A stretch of 64,000 nucleotides of DNA from Nitrospirota bacterium (GTDB taxonomy: Bacteria; JACPQY01). The position numbers and the translations under genes were made by a program. The notes under the pieces were generated by a model. The model had not been told where the DNA came from, did no database searches, and saw nothing but the letters and a program-made list of their open reading frames with translations. Within the stretch, counting starts at the first letter, position 1. Every line of letters begins with the position of its first letter. The stretch is from contig JACPQY010000011.1 of assembly GCA_016190245.1 (NCBI GenBank), positions 35,512-99,511 of the forward strand. The letters are read 5' to 3'. Below, piece by piece: positions 1-8,626 of the stretch.

Positions 1-2
1 CG

Positions 3-569
3 GGCCACGCGCCCTGGCTTGAGCACTTCCTCGCGCCCACGTTTGCCGCCGCCGAAGGGCTCCCCAAGACATTCACCGGCCACGAGGCCCACCGCCTCGA
101 GTGGCTTCTCATGCTCGCTTCAACGGCCGTGGCCACGATCGGCCTCGGTCTGGCCTGGTGGCTCTATCGCGGTCGCGACAATCCCGTGCCCGCGCAACTC
201 GCGGCGCGTTTTCCCGGGACGCACCGGGTCGTCTTCAACAAATACTTCGTGGACGAGGCCTACCAAAGGAGCTTCGTGTGGGGATTCATGTCCACGAGCC
301 GGCTGAGCGCGTGGTTCGATCAGCACATCCTAGACGCCCTCGTCAACCTCGTCGCCGCCCTCACCCGCCTGTTCGCCGCCCTCGACGGCCTCATTGACGC
401 GTACGTCGTGGACGGCATGGTCAACACGGTCGGCAACGGCGTCCGTGCGAGCGGCCGCGGGCTGCGGCAGTTGCAAACGGGCCGCATCCCGCAGTACCTC
501 GCGGTCGTCGTCGCCGGAGCCGTGATGCTCGTGGTGCTCGCCCGCTTCATCGTTGATGTTTACACCTGA
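3..569 (+). CDS. nuoL: NADH-quinone oxidoreductase subunit L, C-terminal part (5' truncated by window edge)
   Basis: Frame open from base 3; NKYFVDEAY, VDGMVN, LRQLQTGRIPQY motifs; directly upstream of nuoM/nuoN. Confidence 0.93.
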   Translation, partial: GHAPWLEHFLAPTFAAAEGLPKTFTGHEAHRLEWLLMLASTAVATIGLGLAWWLYRGRDNPVPAQLAARFPGTHRVVFNKYFVDEAYQRSFVWGFMSTSRLSAWFDQHILDALVNLVAALTRLFAALDGLIDAYVVDGMVNTVGNGVRASGRGLRQLQTGRIPQYLAVVVAGAVMLVVLARFIVDVYT

Positions 570-581
570 CGGAGGCCGCTC

Positions 582-2198
582 ATGATCGAGACGCAAACAA
601 CCTTGCTCACCTGGATGACTTTCACGCCGCTCATCGGCGTGGCCGCTATCGGCCTGCTCCTCATGGCGCGGCCGCTCCTTGGGCTGAGCCAAAGGGCCGT
701 GGACCATGGCGCGCGCCTCCTTGCCCTGCTCACCACCCTGCCGTCGCTGGCGCTCTCTTATGTGATGTGGCGCGATTTCGACGGGGCCGCGGGCGGCGTT
801 CAGTTCGTCCACCACACCCCATGGATCCGCGCCTTCAACATCGAATACTTCATGGGCGTGGACGGTCTGAGCGTCACCATGGTGATGCTCACGGCCCTGA
901 TCTCCTCGGTCGCCGTCATCGCCTCCATGCCCTGGGGCATCGCCCGGGACGATTCTCACCACTTTTCGCGCCGCCAGGTTCCGGGCTACATGGCCCTCCT
1001 GCTCCTCCTCGAGACGGGCATGTTCGGCGTCTTCTGCGCCCTCGACTTCTTCCTCTTCTACGTCCTTTGGGAGCTCGTGCTCCTCCCGATGTACTTCCTC
1101 ATCGGCATCTGGGGCGGCCCGAGGCGGGAGTACGCCGCCATCAAGTTCTTCCTCTACACGCTGGCCGGCTCCGTGCTCATGCTCCTCGGCATGATCGCGC
1201 TCTACTACGCGAGCGAGCCGACCACGCTCGTGGACGGCACTGCGGCCGCCCATACCTTCAACATGCTCAAGCTCGCCGAGCAAGCGAACCGCTTCGAGCT
1301 GATGGCGCCCATCCTCGGCTTGCCCTTCACCAAGGTCGTCTGGGTGGGGATGTTCATCGCCTTCGCCATCAAGGTGCCGATGTTCCCCTTCCACACGTGG
1401 CTGCCGGACGCCCACGTGGAGGCGCCGACGCCGATCTCGGTCCTCCTGGCCGGCGTCCTCCTGAAGATGGGCCCCTACGGCATGCTGCGCGTCAACTATC
1501 CCATCCTGCCCGAGGCCACGTTGTGGGCCCAGTGGGGCGTCGCAATCTTCGGCGCCATCAACATCGTCTACGCCGCCTTTGTCTGCATGGCGCAGAAGGA
1601 CCTCAAGAAGCTCATCGCCTACTCCTCGGTGAGCCACATGGGTTTCGTGCTCCTGGGGATGGCGGCCTTTACGCCGCAGGGCATCTCGGGCGCCGTCTAC
1701 CAGATGTGGAACCACGGGATCATCAGCCCAGCGCTGTTCTTGATTGCGGGGGTGATCTACGACCGCGCGCACCACCGCGAGATCGAGGGCTTCGGCGGCC
1801 TGTCGAAGAATCTCCCCGAGTACACGGCGATCACGGGCCTCGCCTTCATGGCCTCCCTGGGCCTTCCGGGGCTCAACGGGTTTATCAGTGAGGCGCTGGT
1901 CTTGGTCGGCGCCTTCCCGGTCTTCAAGGTGATCACGATCGTCTCCGCGAGCGGCGTGATCATCACCGCGGCCTACTACCTCCTCACCATGCAGCGCGTG
2001 TTCCTCGGCAAACTGAACGAGAAATACGCGGCGCTGCGCGATCTCAACTGGCGCGAACGGCTGACGCTCTACCCGCTGGTCGCCCTCATGGTCGTCCTCG
2101 GCTTCTATCCCATGCCGATTCTCGACCTCATGAACCCCACCCTGCACTCGCTGGTCCTCCCGTTCGCGCAGAGGACCGGTCTCGTGACAGGCCCCTGA
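582..2198 (+). CDS. nuoM: NADH-quinone oxidoreductase subunit M
   Basis: WELVLLPMYFLIGIWGG, KVPMFPFHTWLPDAHVEAPT, KKLIAYSSVSHMG motifs; GGAGG RBS. Confidence 0.97.
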   Translation: MIETQTTLLTWMTFTPLIGVAAIGLLLMARPLLGLSQRAVDHGARLLALLTTLPSLALSYVMWRDFDGAAGGVQFVHHTPWIRAFNIEYFMGVDGLSVTMVMLTALISSVAVIASMPWGIARDDSHHFSRRQVPGYMALLLLLETGMFGVFCALDFFLFYVLWELVLLPMYFLIGIWGGPRREYAAIKFFLYTLAGSVLMLLGMIALYYASEPTTLVDGTAAAHTFNMLKLAEQANRFELMAPILGLPFTKVVWVGMFIAFAIKVPMFPFHTWLPDAHVEAPTPISVLLAGVLLKMGPYGMLRVNYPILPEATLWAQWGVAIFGAINIVYAAFVCMAQKDLKKLIAYSSVSHMGFVLLGMAAFTPQGISGAVYQMWNHGIISPALFLIAGVIYDRAHHREIEGFGGLSKNLPEYTAITGLAFMASLGLPGLNGFISEALVLVGAFPVFKVITIVSASGVIITAAYYLLTMQRVFLGKLNEKYAALRDLNWRERLTLYPLVALMVVLGFYPMPILDLMNPTLHSLVLPFAQRTGLVTGP

Positions 2199-2213
2199 GA
2201 CCGGAGGCGGACG

Positions 2214-3713
2214 GTGCCGACCCTCGAAAGCCTGCCCCACGTCCTTCCCGAGGTGGCGCTCGCGGTCACCGCTGCGGCCCTGTTCGTCCTCGAAGCCCTG
2301 TGGCAGCCCCGGGGCCGAGCACGGCGCGTTGGGTTTCCGCTCTTGGCGCTGGGGGGCCTGCTCGCGGCGCTGCTGTTCCTCGTCGCCTCGCCATCCTCGG
2401 CGGAGCCGCGGTTCTTTGGCGGCCTCCTGACCCAGGATCCCTTCTCGACGTTCGTGCGCGGCGTCGCCATCGTCGCCACCGCCCTCGCCGTGGGGCTCGC
2501 TCTGGGAAGCCCCTCGCTGCCGTCGAATCGCCGCGTCGAGTATCACGGCCTCTTGGTCCTGCTCGCGCTCGGCATGTGCCTCCTCTCGAGTGCCGGTCAC
2601 CTGCTCATGATCTACGTGGCCATCGAGATCGTGAGCCTCACGTCCTACCTCCTCGCCGGCTTCGACGACCGCGGTGGGCGTTCGGCCGAGGCCGGCCTCA
2701 AGTACGTGCTCTTCGGTGGCGTCGCCTCCGGCGTGATGTTGTTCGGCTTCTCCCTGCTCTTCGGCCTCTTCGGCGACCTGTCGCTCTCAGGCCTCGGCCA
2801 GGCACTCGCGCACTCGACCACACTCTCGACGGGCGCCGGTCGCTGGGCGACGCTCCTGGCGCTCGTCTTCGTGCTCGCAGGCCTCGGCTTCAAGATCGCC
2901 GCGGTGCCCTTCCATATGTGGTGTCCCGATGTCTACGAAGGGGCGCCGACGCCCTTCACGGCCCTGCTCTCCGTGGGCCCGAAGGCGGCGGGCTTCGCGG
3001 TGCTGTTACGCTTCGGCACCGGCCTGTGGCCCGAGCTCGCGACCGACGCCGCCGCGGCAACGAGTGCGCTCCCGTGGCTCCTCCTCCTGGGCGTGATGTC
3101 CACGGTCACGATGACGGTCGGCAATCTCGCCGCTATCTGGCAGGACAATCTCAAGCGGCTGCTCGCATACTCGAGCATCGCGCACGCGGGCTACATGCTC
3201 ATGGGCGTGGTGGCGGGCGGCCGGGAGGGCCCGGGCGCCGTGGCGGTCTACCTGGCCGTCTACCTGATCATGAACATCGGGGCCTTCGCCGTGGTCTCCG
3301 CCGTGGATCGCTCGGCGCACAGCGAGGACATCGGCGTCTACCACGGCCTCGGACGGCGGGCCCCGCTCCTCGCCCTGGCCATGGCGGTGTTTCTCCTCTC
3401 GCTCACGGGACTTCCACCCACGGCGGGATTCGTGGGCAAGCTGTACCTCTTCGCCTCGCTCATCCATCACGGCGGCTTCTGGTACGTGCTGCTCGCCGTG
3501 GTGGGCGTTCTCAACAGCGTCGTGTCGCTCTATTTCTACGCCCGCGTACTCAGGGCCATGTTCCTTGAGAGCGCGGCCGGCGAGCCCGCGCCGGTGAGTC
3601 TCGCCAACTCGGCGGCGGCGCTCGCGGTCGTTCTCGCCGTCCCGACTCTCGCCCTCGGGATCTTCTGGCAGCCGCTGGCCGCCATCGCCAATTTCTCCGG
3701 CTCCCTCTTCTGA
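2214..3713 (+). CDS. nuoN: NADH-quinone oxidoreductase subunit N
   Basis: EAGLKY, FKIAAVPFHMWCPDVYEGAPTP, KRLLAYSSIAHAGY motifs. Confidence 0.97.
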   Translation: MPTLESLPHVLPEVALAVTAAALFVLEALWQPRGRARRVGFPLLALGGLLAALLFLVASPSSAEPRFFGGLLTQDPFSTFVRGVAIVATALAVGLALGSPSLPSNRRVEYHGLLVLLALGMCLLSSAGHLLMIYVAIEIVSLTSYLLAGFDDRGGRSAEAGLKYVLFGGVASGVMLFGFSLLFGLFGDLSLSGLGQALAHSTTLSTGAGRWATLLALVFVLAGLGFKIAAVPFHMWCPDVYEGAPTPFTALLSVGPKAAGFAVLLRFGTGLWPELATDAAAATSALPWLLLLGVMSTVTMTVGNLAAIWQDNLKRLLAYSSIAHAGYMLMGVVAGGREGPGAVAVYLAVYLIMNIGAFAVVSAVDRSAHSEDIGVYHGLGRRAPLLALAMAVFLLSLTGLPPTAGFVGKLYLFASLIHHGGFWYVLLAVVGVLNSVVSLYFYARVLRAMFLESAAGEPAPVSLANSAAALAVVLAVPTLALGIFWQPLAAIANFSGSLF

Positions 3714-3837
3714 CGCCGACGCCTAGGCGGAACCCCTCCATCTCCCCGTTGAACCGGTGCGAGATCGGACAAGATCGCTTGGATGTGGGCGCTCGTGCGC
3801 CGCAGTCCCACAGGGGTGGTGCCTGCCACGTCCGTAT

Positions 3838-3960
3838 CCCGCCGCGGCTCCGGCCGCCGAGGCCATCGCCGAGGATCCGTAAGTTGATTCCGAAATGTGC
3901 ACGACCTGCGACGAGTGCACGCGGATCAATCCGAGGATGTTCGCCTACAACGCGAACAAG
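3838..3960 (+). pseudogene. Fragment of a 4Fe-4S ferredoxin-like domain with internal stop
   Basis: Reads PAAAPAAEAIAEDP*VDSEMCTTCDECTRINPRMFAYNANK (TAA at 3880-3882); homology-like sequence stops at the repeat beginning 3962. Confidence 0.6.
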
Positions 3961-3961
3961 T

Positions 3962-4014
3962 ACTACTGGGGGTCACTACTGGGGGTCAGGTCTTGCAATC
4001 GTGCAATACGACGC
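3962..4014. repeat. REP-like GGGGTCAGGTCTTGCA element with 13-bp tandem duplication
   Basis: ACTACTGGGGGTC twice (3962-3987), then GTCTTGCA-ATCG-TGCAATAC imperfect hairpin; related copies near 4482-4504, 8291, 8381 and 8739. Confidence 0.6.
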
Positions 4015-4015
4015 A

Positions 4016-4081
4016 GAAGAGCGGCATGTGACGATTCCTGCGCACAGAGAAATCGATGCGGGAACACTCCGTGCGATCAGG
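4016..4081 (+). pseudogene. HicA-family toxin C-terminal fragment
   Basis: EERHVTIPAHREIDAGTLRAIR matches the HicA VTVPxH...GTLxxI motif; no N-terminus or start codon. Confidence 0.6.
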
Positions 4082-4112
4082 GCCGAGAACGGCCGGACTA
4101 TTTCCACAGGAA

Positions 4113-4200
4113 CTCCCCTCCTTTGTAAGGAGGGGAAAGGGGAGGTAGAGGCCGCCGGCGGGCTCTACCCCACCCAACCTCCCCTTACAAAGGGGAGGAG
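4113..4200. repeat. Inverted doublet of CCCCTCCTT..AAGGAGGGG palindromic REP-like repeats
   Basis: CTCCCCTCCTTTGTAAGGAGGGG...GGAGGTAGAG and CTCTACCCCACCCAACCTCCCCTTACAAAGGGGAGGAG. Confidence 0.7.
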
Positions 4201-4260
4201 ATTTCGGATGCACTCTGGCACTACTACGCCACTTTCGCAGAGCGGGAAACACCCCGATCC

Positions 4261-4317
4261 GTCGTCCCCGTGAAAGCGGGGACCCAGATTCTGGATTCCC
4301 GCCTGCGCGGGAATAAC
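4261..4317. repeat. dRS3/RPE-like palindromic repeat doublet (GTCATTCCCGCG...GGGAATGAC family)
   Basis: GTCGTCCCCGTGAAAGCGGGGACCCAG...CTGGATTCCCGCCTGCGCGGGAATAAC; second copy at 28051-28105. Confidence 0.7.
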
Positions 4318-4567
4318 GAGGAGTGGCCTCCCAAGTCGCCGGACCCGTCTCATGCACCGTCATCATGGCGAAAACCGGATGGCAACGGAGATCAAAGATG
4401 CGTTGTAGCGCTAGATCGCATCCCTACTGCGGACCCGGACGAGGCGCCCGGGCAGCGGCCGGCCGATCACCTTCGCCAAGAAGTCCAGAATCATGCCTGA
4501 CCCCGGTGTCCAGTAGCACGAGCTCCACGCCGACTCTCGTGGCCACATTCAACATGCCAACCACCTT

Positions 4568-4966
4568 TCAGTTCGGCCCATTCTTCTTGACTGCCGTCCG
4601 CCACAACACAAAGGCTCCAGCCACGGCGACTTCGGTCCACCGGCAGGGGTAGTAGCACTGCCCCCGGATCTCGCCGGGGGTTGTCCTGCTCGTCTCGAAT
4701 GTGACCCCGGGTCGCACGCCCGAGCCGCGCAAGACGGCGAGCTCCGTCCAGTAGAGCACCCCAGCCCAGACGAATCCCTCAATTCGCGTCAGACACCGGG
4801 GGTCCGGCCAGTAGAGCGTTCCGCGGAAACGAGGCGGGTCCACCTGCTCAACGGTCATGATCACGCGAAGGTCCGCGCAGGAATCGTCCCCGCATTCATG
4901 AAACCAGCCGTTCCACTCTCCGCACAGATTCGCCGGTTGGAGCGCAAGTCTGCGCGGATCCTTCAT
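4568..4966 (-). CDS. Hypothetical protein (132 aa, predicted beta-rich)
   Basis: ATGA overlap with upstream ORF; last gene of a coupled operon. Confidence 0.65.
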   Translation of the reverse strand: MKDPRRLALQPANLCGEWNGWFHECGDDSCADLRVIMTVEQVDPPRFRGTLYWPDPRCLTRIEGFVWAGVLYWTELAVLRGSGVRPGVTFETSRTTPGEIRGQCYYPCRWTEVAVAGAFVLWRTAVKKNGPN

Positions 4967-5166
4967 GGTGGCAACTCACGGGAGGAAGTTGATTCCCCGA
5001 TCGTGATGTTCAACTGCTTGTCGACGTACTGTTTGTCGATGTAGTAGGTCGAGCGGCGATACAGCTCGTCGTACAGCTCGATGTCCCGCTGCCAGCGCCA
5101 CCTCTCATACTTATCGATGGCCCTAGCGAGGCAGAATATCCCCCAAAGAATCAACAAGAACCCCAT
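4963..5166 (-). CDS. Small hypothetical protein with hydrophobic N-terminus (67 aa)
   Basis: GAGGAGG RBS before ATG 5166; MGFLLILWGIFCLA hydrophobic segment. Confidence 0.6.
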   Translation of the reverse strand: MGFLLILWGIFCLARAIDKYERWRWQRDIELYDELYRRSTYYIDKQYVDKQLNITIGESTSSRELPP

Positions 5167-5217
5167 GGGACCTCCTCTCGTTTTGGACGTTTTGCCATCA
5201 CCATGCGGCACCAACCC

Positions 5218-5739
5218 CTATTTTCGGAAAAGGCGTTTCACCCATCCGGAAAAGCCGGAACCTCTCCGTTCCCAAGCAGTCTTGTGCCGGTGGACGAATG
5301 TCGGCAGGAGTTGCATGTTCGACGGCGTATCAAGGCCGCCTTTGAATAGGGGCGTCACGTGGTCGACCTGGTATCCGGTTGGGACCTTTGAGTATCCCCG
5401 GCTTTTCAGAAAGGCCGACTTGGCGAAAAGGCTCCGGGTCCGAACCGCCAGCCCGGTTGTCCTGTATCGACGACCGGTTGTAAAAGATCGACCAACCGAT
5501 GCCCCGCCTATCCTCGAGGATCCTGGCCTCCGGATCCTCGGCATCCGAAATCGCGGCGTGGTCGCGGCACGCGAGATGCGAAACGGCTTGAACGCTGGAG
5601 CATGGCTGCGGAACCCTGCAGATATCCTGCTCCGTGGAGTCCGCACCCGGTGCGGTCGGAGTCGAACGCCTCTTCCCATCCGTGGAGAACGGAATGGGCG
5701 GAAGCTCGATCTGGAGGCACGATACCTAAGTATTCGCAT
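5218..5739 (-). CDS. HNH endonuclease with long Arg-rich N-terminal region
   Basis: GYQVDHVTPLFKGGLDTPSNMQLL..H..KT HNH motif; AAGGGGG RBS before ATG 5739. Confidence 0.8.
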   Translation of the reverse strand: MRILRYRASRSSFRPFRSPRMGRGVRLRPHRVRTPRSRISAGFRSHAPAFKPFRISRAATTPRFRMPRIRRPGSSRIGGASVGRSFTTGRRYRTTGLAVRTRSLFAKSAFLKSRGYSKVPTGYQVDHVTPLFKGGLDTPSNMQLLPTFVHRHKTAWERRGSGFSGWVKRLFRK

Positions 5740-5968
5740 GTGTTCCCCCTTTCGCGGGTTGTTGTGGTCCTGAACCGCAATGAGCGGTGGTTCGGTCCGA
5801 ACCTGCCCAACACCGAAGTTTCGCTGCGCGAACTTGCTCGGTGGCGCTCCGGAAGCACCTTGAGCACAGATCATGGCCGTCCACGAACTTCCAGATCGGC
5901 GCGGCCCTGTCCCGAGCCAGTCTGACGACGATTCTCCTACCGCAGGTGCAGATTCTTGGAATTCTCAT
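5726..5968 (-). CDS. Small putative Zn-binding protein (CxC...CxxC)
   Basis: GGGAGG RBS, ATGA overlap with upstream gene; ICTCGR...HDLCSRC. Confidence 0.55.
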   Translation of the reverse strand: MRIPRICTCGRRIVVRLARDRAAPIWKFVDGHDLCSRCFRSATEQVRAAKLRCWAGSDRTTAHCGSGPQQPAKGGTHANT

Positions 5969-6336
5969 GCCGACCTCCCTTGACCATTCGTGCGATTGAA
6001 GGAGCCTTCTGTCTTCAACGGATTCCGGAACAGATTCTCCGCCCACCTGATCTGCTCGTCCGTGAAGAGGGGCCTGAAACGATATTCGAGCATGAGCGCC
6101 TCGAATGACAGGTGGAGACAGCCCGCCATGTGCAGGCGGTAAATCCCATCCGATCCGTGATCCGAATACCTACCCATGAGTTCGAGGACAGTACGGTGCG
6201 CGTCACCTCCGTTCTTGCGAAGCATTTCAATGATTCGCCCTGGCCGGTACCCGACCTTCGCGGGTATTTCCACGGTGTACCGGTATTGAAATGCCCGGTT
6301 GAACTCTCGTAGAAGATCAGCCTTGTTTGTATTCAT
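5965..6336 (-). CDS. Hypothetical protein (123 aa)
   Basis: AGGAGG RBS; GY.P...M....GG...SDG...L....L.LS.EAL.L....LFT.E pattern recalls an uncharacterised domain seen near or fused to restriction-type nucleases. Confidence 0.75.
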   Translation of the reverse strand: MNTNKADLLREFNRAFQYRYTVEIPAKVGYRPGRIIEMLRKNGGDAHRTVLELMGRYSDHGSDGIYRLHMAGCLHLSFEALMLEYRFRPLFTDEQIRWAENLFRNPLKTEGSFNRTNGQGRSA

Positions 6337-6413
6337 CTCGTGCCTCCTTCTTCCGTCTTCCGCATTTAGTAGGGATTCATTCGGGCTCCGTCATTCGTCT
6401 CGTTCATCCAACC

Positions 6414-6499
6414 ATTATATCGTGGGTTCGATCAGGCCATAATTCGTTTTATCGTATTGACAAACTAGTGAATACAAATAGATACAAATATCTAGTTTG
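6414..6499 (-). promoter_or_regulatory. Putative -10 box and operator upstream of the HNH operon
   Basis: TATAAT on minus strand (6414-6419); inverted repeat CAAACTAG (6461-6468)/CTAGTTTG (6492-6499) enclosing ATACAAATA twice. Confidence 0.5.
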
Positions 6500-6604
6500 A
6501 GGGAACTACCAGTTTCCAAACTCTATACAGTAAGTGGGAACTAATACCGATGGGGAGCCGTTGTGGCGATATATGATTGTTGGTTCAGCCTTTCTGGGGA
6601 GGAA

Positions 6605-8287
6605 TCAGGGGCGGTCGGGATAGCGGCGGCGAAGTATGGTGATGATCTTGTTTACATTTTCCTCAGATAAATCGAATTTCCCCCAAGATAATTTCTTGCC
6701 TGTGATTTCCCAGAGCAGGTCCAAGTCCGGCTTGGTCACAAATTCGCGGATTCCGTCTTGCCTCTCATACTCGGCGATCCCGTAGGCTCCCGCTTTTCCG
6801 TTTGCGTATGCCCACACCAGCAACTCACCTCGGCAAGAATATATCCTGAAGGTTGGAATCTGGGTCCCGGTCCCGAACATGATCAAGAGATCGGGGTGCT
6901 CGCGGGCGAAGTTGTACAATCGTCTCGCTTGCTCACCGTCGCCCCCCATCACCCCGCACAGGCCAAAAAAGGATTCCTCATCCCATTTCGCGCCCTTGCT
7001 GGTCTTCACCTCGTAAGGAGGACATCCCACGTGCCGAGCGCCATGTCTCGGCCACCAAAATATTCTCGCGCCCACTTCGATTAGTCCCCCGCAGGAAAGA
7101 CAGTGGCCGAGACGCCTGGATTTCATCCCTACTTCCGCAGGTCTTCTCATTGACGATCTCTGACGCAACCAATCGGGCCACCCGCGGGGGATAGGCTTCG
7201 CCTCCGGGACAGCGGCATCGGGGGAGATCAACTTGAACTCCCTTTTCTTGTTGTCCACTTCCGGTTTCTCGAATTTTGGCCGGCTGTGTGGACCCAGCAG
7301 CAAGTTACGCCAGAGACCATCTCCTAATTCGCCGGACGAGATCTCCTGCCCGTGGGCAACCGTTAGGGCCCATCGATAGGAGAATGCATTAGAGTATGGT
7401 TGATCGGGTGGGACGCGTGCCGGGGCGAGATGGATCAACTCCCTGGCCTCTGAAAGGATCTTGTTGATTCGCGCTCGCAGGCCATTGTTGTCCGCCCATT
7501 CCAAAGTCGAATTCGCCTCGGGTGGTATCCCTCCAAGAAAATCCTCTGGCTCGCTCAGCCTTAATTCAGGCCAGAGAAACCGATGGACAGCCGTGGAAGG
7601 GGGAAGGTTGTGCTGAATGAATCTGCTCAGCACCCCATCCTTTGCCATCCTGACCAGCCCCAGCCGATGGTGGAGGTGCAAATCACCCGATCCTTGGACA
7701 GGCAATTCGACTTGGAACAAGCCAACGAGCCGAACACCGCCGCCGGAGCGGTGGGTGGAATCCAACTCCACTGATGCGATCCACGTTCGTTGACCGAGTC
7801 CCTCATGGAAATTCTCCGCCGGGCCAAACAGGATCCTCCGGAATGTATCGTGCATCTTCCACGCGGACTGATACGACCCGAGGGGCAATCGTCGTTGAAG
7901 CTCTTTCGCAGTTGCTCCGCACTCTGCGACCAAGTACGCACCTAGGAACCATTTTCTCACCGGGATCCTGGACCCTTCCATCACCGTGCCGGCCAGGAGA
8001 GACACGTGCTTTCGGCATTTGATACAAGTCCGGCGGCTCGGTCGTTCAGTTTCCCGCCACTTCAAGCCCCCTCCGCATCCGGCGCTTGGACACGACAGTC
8101 CGCCCTTCCGTCTCTCATGCCACTCCGCGAGATATGCGTAACAGGCTTCATCCGTCCCGAAGCGCGCCGAAAAGTCTGCTACGCCTCGTTCCTTCTCTTC
8201 ACCGAAGTTGGCCATGAACGAATCATAACCAACGATTAGCCCGCGCTCCAGCTCAGCCCGGCTCAACGGACACCGCACTTTCTGCAC
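6605..8287 (-). CDS. IS1595-family transposase-derived protein, catalytic motif degenerate, with extra C-terminal Zn-finger-like and unknown domains (alternative start 8215)
   Basis: F.TDEAC..YL, CP..GC/C..CR, SLLAGT.MEGSRIP..KWF..AYL, ELQRRL..GSYQSAW.M = IS1595 N-terminal Zn-ribbon/HTH; VELDST replaces VExDET, VHRF replaces V.TD. Confidence 0.75.
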   Translation of the reverse strand: MQKVRCPLSRAELERGLIVGYDSFMANFGEEKERGVADFSARFGTDEACYAYLAEWHERRKGGLSCPSAGCGGGLKWRETERPSRRTCIKCRKHVSLLAGTVMEGSRIPVRKWFLGAYLVAECGATAKELQRRLPLGSYQSAWKMHDTFRRILFGPAENFHEGLGQRTWIASVELDSTHRSGGGVRLVGLFQVELPVQGSGDLHLHHRLGLVRMAKDGVLSRFIQHNLPPSTAVHRFLWPELRLSEPEDFLGGIPPEANSTLEWADNNGLRARINKILSEARELIHLAPARVPPDQPYSNAFSYRWALTVAHGQEISSGELGDGLWRNLLLGPHSRPKFEKPEVDNKKREFKLISPDAAVPEAKPIPRGWPDWLRQRSSMRRPAEVGMKSRRLGHCLSCGGLIEVGARIFWWPRHGARHVGCPPYEVKTSKGAKWDEESFFGLCGVMGGDGEQARRLYNFAREHPDLLIMFGTGTQIPTFRIYSCRGELLVWAYANGKAGAYGIAEYERQDGIREFVTKPDLDLLWEITGKKLSWGKFDLSEENVNKIITILRRRYPDRP

Positions 8288-8419
8288 GCCGGGGGTCAGG
8301 CTCTGGGGCCAGGATTCTGGACTCTGGTCGATCTATCTTTCGGGTTGAGGGGCCAATCAGAAGGATGCAAGCAAGGGACCTGGGGTCAGGTCTTGCCATC
8401 GTTCAGGTCGCCGGTTCGT

Positions 8420-8626
8420 CCGGCCTCCATAGCGCTGGTGGCAGGACATCGGGCAGCCCACGCAGCGGAACCCGGCCGGCGAAAGGTGCGAACCTTGCGG
8501 CGGGCCTGCAGACCCTCGCGGGTCCCGGCGAGATCGTCGTCAGCGCCTCCACCTACACCTCGGCCAGAGGCTTCGTCACCGAAACGGACCTCGGCGAAGG
8601 TCCGGTCAAGGGCATCGCGCGGCCTA
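8420..8626 (+). pseudogene. Class III adenylate/guanylate cyclase C-terminal fragment
   Basis: ANLAAGLQTLAGPGEIVVSASTY...DLGEGPVKGI matches NLAARLQ..A.PG.I.IS..T...LG...LKG; upstream part frameshifted, no N-terminus. Confidence 0.65.

Noticed and set aside
330-2600. 756-aa minus-strand ORF (likewise 12930-15671, 18008-20752, 33874-36849, 29080-30402, 52957-54318)
   Set aside because: Antisense shadows of well-supported genes, expected in high-GC DNA; no motifs of their own
3749-4273. 174-aa ORF spanning the debris region (and 8365-9051)
   Set aside because: Chance read-through across repeats and fragments; only short internal segments resemble real proteins
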